DNA of 64,000 nucleotides from an uncultured Planctomycetales bacterium (GTDB lineage: Bacteria; Omnitrophota; Gorgyraeia; Zapsychrales; Fredricksoniimonadaceae). The translations under genes were made by a program, and so were the position numbers. The notes beneath the pieces were generated by a model. The model was not told the origin of the DNA, searched no databases, and was given only the letters and a program-made list of their open reading frames with translations. Shown here one piece after another: positions 59,800 through 64,000 of this stretch. Each line of letters opens with the position of its first letter. Positions within the stretch are counted from its first letter, which is position 1. The stretch is taken from contig CAZNDZ010000001.1 in NCBI GenBank assembly GCA_964572155.1, forward strand, positions 782,290 to 846,289. The letters are read 5' to 3'.

Positions 59800-60610
59800 A
59801 AATCGTTTATTATCTGCATTGTTTATGATTGCGCTCACCATTGGTGCGGTTATCAATGAGTGGATGTTCATTGCGGTCATTTGTTTTTTGACCGTGGGAG
59901 GATTGTATGAATTCTTCTACATGGTCAAAAAGAAAGATGTGCCAATATATAGTTATGTCGGTACCTTTATCGGGCTTTTGATTCCTTTGTCGATCTTTAC
60001 GCGCTTTGAGTTGACCAAGAATTGGGAATTGTTATTTATTGTCGTTGGGTTCTTGATGATCTTGTTGATGCAGTTTTCCCGTCAAGATAATAAGAATGCC
60101 ATCTTGGGTTTGTCGACGACGCTTTTTGGTGTTTTGTATGTGGCGTGGTTTCTTAGTTTTTTAGTGAAGATTCGTTTGTTGTTGCCAGGTGTTGAGGGCG
60201 TTAAATTGTTGGCCTTTATTTTATTGGTGACAAAGAGTGCTGATGTGGGCGCTTATGTGATCGGCAGTAAGTTTGGTCGCACACCGCTCATACCCAAAGT
60301 AAGTCCTAATAAATCGGTGGAAGGTTGTATTGGGGCGATCATTTTTAGCACAGCTTTTGCCGTGATGTTTCGTTCCTTCTTACCAGCGACGATTGAGTAT
60401 CCGCTGTGGCTGGTGATGTTCATGGGTGCATTCTTTGGAAGCCTTGGACAATTAGGGGATTTATCAGAATCATTGATCAAGCGTGATTGCGGTGTTAAAG
60501 ATTCTGGAAAGTTAATGCCAGGTTTAGGTGGCATTTTAGATATGATTGATAGTTTGTTATTTGCGGCACCGGCATTTTATTTATACATTAGTTCATCATT
60601 AAGAGCATAA
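59792..60610 (+). CDS. cdsA: Phosphatidate cytidylyltransferase
   Basis: Start at ATG 59792, overlapping the uppS 3' end by 8 nt. Polytopic membrane protein. C-terminal signature SESLIKRDCGVKDSGKLMPGLGGILDMIDS. Confidence 0.8.
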   Translation: MPKNRLLSALFMIALTIGAVINEWMFIAVICFLTVGGLYEFFYMVKKKDVPIYSYVGTFIGLLIPLSIFTRFELTKNWELLFIVVGFLMILLMQFSRQDNKNAILGLSTTLFGVLYVAWFLSFLVKIRLLLPGVEGVKLLAFILLVTKSADVGAYVIGSKFGRTPLIPKVSPNKSVEGCIGAIIFSTAFAVMFRSFLPATIEYPLWLVMFMGAFFGSLGQLGDLSESLIKRDCGVKDSGKLMPGLGGILDMIDSLLFAAPAFYLYISSSLRA

Positions 60611-60619
60611 CCGTAAGGC

Positions 60620-61720
60620 ATGAAGAAAAAAAATATTGCGATCTTAGGATCGACGGGATCCATCGGGATAAATGCACTTAAAGTCATTGACCGTTTTCGT
60701 GACCGGTTTAATGTGGTGGCGTTAAGTGCATATCAGAACAAAGACCTCTTGGCAAAACAGCAGGCGAAATATAACCCACAGCATGTTGCCTTAGGTGCTG
60801 ACAATGCAGCGGCATTGACGGATTTTGCGTCGTTAAAAGAAGTGGATATTGTTGTCTTAGCATTACGCGGTGCAGGGGCATTGGCGCCGTTTTTAGCAGC
60901 TGCTAAAGCAGGTAAAACAATTGCACCTGCCAATAAGGAAGCTTTAGTCATTGCGGGTGATTTGATCATGGCAACCGCGCGCAAACATAAAGCGACGATC
61001 ATTCCGGTTGATAGTGAGCAAAGCGCGATTTTTCAATGCATTGATGGTCAAAAAGCGCCCGTGCATAAGGTGCATTTAACAGCGTCGGGTGGACCGCTAA
61101 GGACAGTAAAGCAAAAGAAGTTTAAAAGTGTTACCGTTGAAGATATTTTGAAGCATCCCCGTTGGAACATGGGGCCGAAGATCACGGTTGATTCAGCAAC
61201 GCTCTTTAACAAAGGTTTTGAATTTATTGAAGCACAACGCTTGTTTGATTTGCGCCACGACCAGATTGAAGTGGTGGTGCATCCTCAGGCGATCATCCAT
61301 TCCATGGTTGAGTTTGTGGATGGCTCAGTGTTGGCTCAATTGGGTGCGACCGATATGCGTTTGCCAATACAGTACGCATTGACATACCCACAACGATGGT
61401 CAACGGGTATAGCGGCGCTTGATTTTGCGCAATTAAAGAGCTTGGATTTTGAAAAGCCAGACTTAAAAAAGTTTCCTGCATTGCAGTTGTGTATGGATGT
61501 GGCTAAGGCTGCAGGTACGCTTCCAAGCGTTCTTAATGCGGCAGATGAAGAAGCGGTCGAAGCGTTCTTAAAGGGGAAGATTGGCTTTAATGCAATTTAT
61601 AAAGTGGTTGAAAAAGTTATTACCCGTCATAAAATAGTACATAAACCAACACTCAATGATATTCTAGCTGCGGATAGTTGGGCTAGGATTGAAGCGTGCA
61701 ATTTAATCGCAAAGGTGTGA
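60620..61720 (+). CDS. dxr: 1-deoxy-D-xylulose 5-phosphate reductoisomerase
   Basis: ILGSTGSIG NADPH-binding motif. Dxr-typical core and C-terminal domain. Confidence 0.9.
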   Translation: MKKKNIAILGSTGSIGINALKVIDRFRDRFNVVALSAYQNKDLLAKQQAKYNPQHVALGADNAAALTDFASLKEVDIVVLALRGAGALAPFLAAAKAGKTIAPANKEALVIAGDLIMATARKHKATIIPVDSEQSAIFQCIDGQKAPVHKVHLTASGGPLRTVKQKKFKSVTVEDILKHPRWNMGPKITVDSATLFNKGFEFIEAQRLFDLRHDQIEVVVHPQAIIHSMVEFVDGSVLAQLGATDMRLPIQYALTYPQRWSTGIAALDFAQLKSLDFEKPDLKKFPALQLCMDVAKAAGTLPSVLNAADEEAVEAFLKGKIGFNAIYKVVEKVITRHKIVHKPTLNDILAADSWARIEACNLIAKV

Positions 61721-61721
61721 C

Positions 61722-62840
61722 ATGTCATTAATTGTTTTCTTAATTATTTTAAGCATCTTGGTCTTGGTTCACGAATGGGGCCATTTTATCACTGCTAAAA
61801 AATGCGGTGTTAATGTTGAGCAATTTTCATTAGGCTTTGGGCCAAAATTGTTTAGTCGCGTCCATGATGGTACGGAATTCTGTTTATGCGCCATTCCTTT
61901 GGGTGGTTACGTTAAGATGTCTGGCGATGAACGTGAAAAATGTAAGGGTACCAAAGATGAATACTTTTCTCAAAGTGTTGGTAATCGTTCTCTCATTGTC
62001 TTGATGGGGCCTGTTGTTAATGTGGTTCTCGCCTTTGTGTGCTTCTGGGCGGTGTTCATGTTGGGTTATGTCGACATGGAAGCGTCAGGCAAGAAAGTTG
62101 CGCCATATGTTGGTCAAGTCGTGGCTAATTCCCCATCAGAAAAAGCAGGATTGAAAACAGGGGACAAGATTCTAAAGATCGATGACACGGTCATTAATCA
62201 TTGGCCTGATTTGCAAGATTATGTGACAAGTTCAACAACGCCTGAATTAAGCGTTTTGATTGAGCGTAATCAACAAAGCATGGTCTTAAAGATTAAGCCC
62301 AATGAAGTAAAACAAAAGGATATTTTTGGTCGAGAGCATAATACGCGCCGGATTGGTGTTGGCCCTGTTCAAATCAAAGATAATAGCGATGTGGTGATTG
62401 TGCGCTATGGTCCGATAGGTGCTTTAAGAAGAGCTTTTGAAGAAATCATCGATATATCTGGTAAGACGTACAAAGCGCTTTACGAGATGTGCATTGGCTT
62501 GCGTAGCCCCAAAGAAGCCATGGGCATTGTTGGCATGTTCTTTGTTATCAAGTTTGCACTAACAATCAGTTTTTCATTTTTGTTGCATATCGTCGGTGTT
62601 ATATCGTTAAGCTTGGCTATTTTTAATCTATTGCCATTGATACCTTTGGACGGTGGACATTTATTATTGTTGGCCATTGAAAAGATACGAGGCAAGGCCT
62701 TGTCGTTAAAGACAGATGTCACGATCACGCGCATTGGTTTTGGTTTGATCATGACGCTGGCGGCTTTTGTTTTTTATGTTGATTTTGAACGTATTGGTGT
62801 TTTTGAAAAAATCTTTCAATTATTTAAACCAATGGGTTAA
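61722..62840 (+). CDS. rseP: Site-2 protease (RIP zinc metalloprotease) with a PDZ domain
   Basis: HEWGHF zinc motif in TM1. PDZ domain. LDGG motif (NLLPLIPLDGGHLL). Classic uppS-cdsA-dxr-rseP order. Confidence 0.85.
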   Translation: MSLIVFLIILSILVLVHEWGHFITAKKCGVNVEQFSLGFGPKLFSRVHDGTEFCLCAIPLGGYVKMSGDEREKCKGTKDEYFSQSVGNRSLIVLMGPVVNVVLAFVCFWAVFMLGYVDMEASGKKVAPYVGQVVANSPSEKAGLKTGDKILKIDDTVINHWPDLQDYVTSSTTPELSVLIERNQQSMVLKIKPNEVKQKDIFGREHNTRRIGVGPVQIKDNSDVVIVRYGPIGALRRAFEEIIDISGKTYKALYEMCIGLRSPKEAMGIVGMFFVIKFALTISFSFLLHIVGVISLSLAIFNLLPLIPLDGGHLLLLAIEKIRGKALSLKTDVTITRIGFGLIMTLAAFVFYVDFERIGVFEKIFQLFKPMG

Positions 62841-62852
62841 CAAGGATAACGT

Positions 62853-64000
62853 ATGCCTCCACAACAACTAAGTGCTGCTGAAATGAAAGAGTTGGTACAA
62901 GCTTTCTTGATTAACAAGACGAATTTCTTGCAGATCAAAGACACCATGCACGAAGATGGCTTGCGTAGTTTTGTGGATACAGCGATCACCAATATGTGTA
63001 AAGAAAAGCAGTTGATGATCAACATGGATGATCGTTTAAAGATGATCCGTGAGCTGGTCAGTGGCGTGGTTAGTTTAGGCCCGTTGCGTCCTTTGATTGA
63101 AGATCCAACGATCACTGAAATCATGATTAACGGCCATCGCACCGTCTATATCCAGCGCAAGGGGATGATTGAAAAGACCAATGTCATGTTTGAGGATAAT
63201 CAATCCTTGATGCATACGATTCAAAAGATTTTAGCGGCCTCACAATCTAGTCGTCGGGTTGATGAAAGTTCTCCCTATGTTGATTTTTCTATGACGGATG
63301 GATCACGTGTGAATGTTATTTTACCGCCATGTTCACCGATTGGTCCAGTCATGACCATTCGTAAATTCTCGAGGGACTTGACGTCGATTGATGATTTGAT
63401 TGAACGCAAGACCTTAAATAAACAAATGGCGGCGTTTTTAATTGCAGCCATTAAAGCGCGTCTGAATATCATTTTTTGCGGTTCAACCGGTAGTGGTAAG
63501 ACCACATTATTAAACGTTTTGTCGCGCCATATCCCTGAACATGAACGCATCATCACGATTGAAGACACGGCAGAATTGCGTTTGATGCAAGAGCATGTGG
63601 TGGCCTTGCAGTCTAAGCCTGCAAATATAGAAGGTAAGGGTGTGGTGACGATCCGTGATTTATTTGTTAATTCATTACGCATGCGCCCAGATCGTTTGAT
63701 TATCGGTGAAGTTCGTGGGGAAGAAATTCTAGACTTGGTTCAATCCATTTCATCAGGTCACTCGGGTTCTTTAGGGATTGTGCATGGTGATTCACCCCAA
63801 GAATGTTTTAACCGCATGGTGACCATGATGTTGATGTCGGGTATCCGTTTATCCGGCGAGCAAATCCGTAATCAATTGGCCAATTCGATTGATTTGATTG
63901 TGTATGCGGAATTGTATATGGATGGTGTGCGTCGGGTGACAAATATCACCGACTTAAAATATGATAAAGAAACTAATGAGATCTCTTTGGAAGATATTTT
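62853..64000 (+). CDS. cpaF: CpaF/TadA-family (VirB11-like) pilus/secretion ATPase. 5' partial; it runs off the window end.
   Basis: Translation from ATG 62853. Walker A GSTGSGKTT. Walker B/Asp box LIIGEVRGEE. His box SGHSGSLGIVHGDS. The frame is still open at position 64000. Confidence 0.75.
   Translation, partial: MPPQQLSAAEMKELVQAFLINKTNFLQIKDTMHEDGLRSFVDTAITNMCKEKQLMINMDDRLKMIRELVSGVVSLGPLRPLIEDPTITEIMINGHRTVYIQRKGMIEKTNVMFEDNQSLMHTIQKILAASQSSRRVDESSPYVDFSMTDGSRVNVILPPCSPIGPVMTIRKFSRDLTSIDDLIERKTLNKQMAAFLIAAIKARLNIIFCGSTGSGKTTLLNVLSRHIPEHERIITIEDTAELRLMQEHVVALQSKPANIEGKGVVTIRDLFVNSLRMRPDRLIIGEVRGEEILDLVQSISSGHSGSLGIVHGDSPQECFNRMVTMMLMSGIRLSGEQIRNQLANSIDLIVYAELYMDGVRRVTNITDLKYDKETNEISLEDI

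Overview
A 64 kb window of a low-GC, compact bacterial genome. 58 of the ~61 genes I call lie on the + strand, with intergenic gaps mostly under 20 nt and many overlapping start/stop codons. The gene content points to a diderm, LPS-making organism: hldE kinase-kdsB-kdsA-kdsD-kdsC-lptC/A-lptB, a T2SS, RseP, and an OmpA-like lipoprotein. The streamlining resembles uncultivated lineages such as Omnitrophota or Elusimicrobia; that is a guess.

The main blocks are:
- 36-7095: an atypical F-type-ATPase-like gene set (alpha, epsilon, c, a 75-aa membrane protein, a b/delta fusion, gamma, beta). Two unknown genes precede it. No a-subunit and no separate delta are present in the window.
- 7097-16083: a type II secretion / pseudopilus operon (gspE, gspF, an HExxH protein, gspG, two minor pseudopilins, gspK, a PilM-PilN/GspL-like fusion, a GspM/PilO-like protein, a TPR protein). 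It runs on from the ATPase genes without a break. No secretin, GspC or prepilin peptidase is seen.
- Three paralogous giant proteins carrying signal peptides (1130, 1719 and 736 aa; at 16116, 38454 and 55642). They share a ~330-aa N-terminal domain and a ~60-aa C-terminal domain ('GGIDLNA...'), with unrelated middles. The largest has internal tandem repeats plus NagB-like and Nudix-like modules.
- 19503-25500: a glycan-handling cluster. It holds a PglB/STT3-like oligosaccharyltransferase and an S1 protease on the minus strand, then GNAT, a secreted PIG-L deacetylase and UppP.
- Housekeeping genes: a KimA-like K+ transporter, purK-purE-ppc, a PPIase-less trigger factor, clpP, serC-like/serA, purA, uppS-cdsA-dxr-rseP, and a 5' CpaF/TadA partial at the window end.

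I found no rRNA, tRNA, CRISPR array or transposase/integrase.
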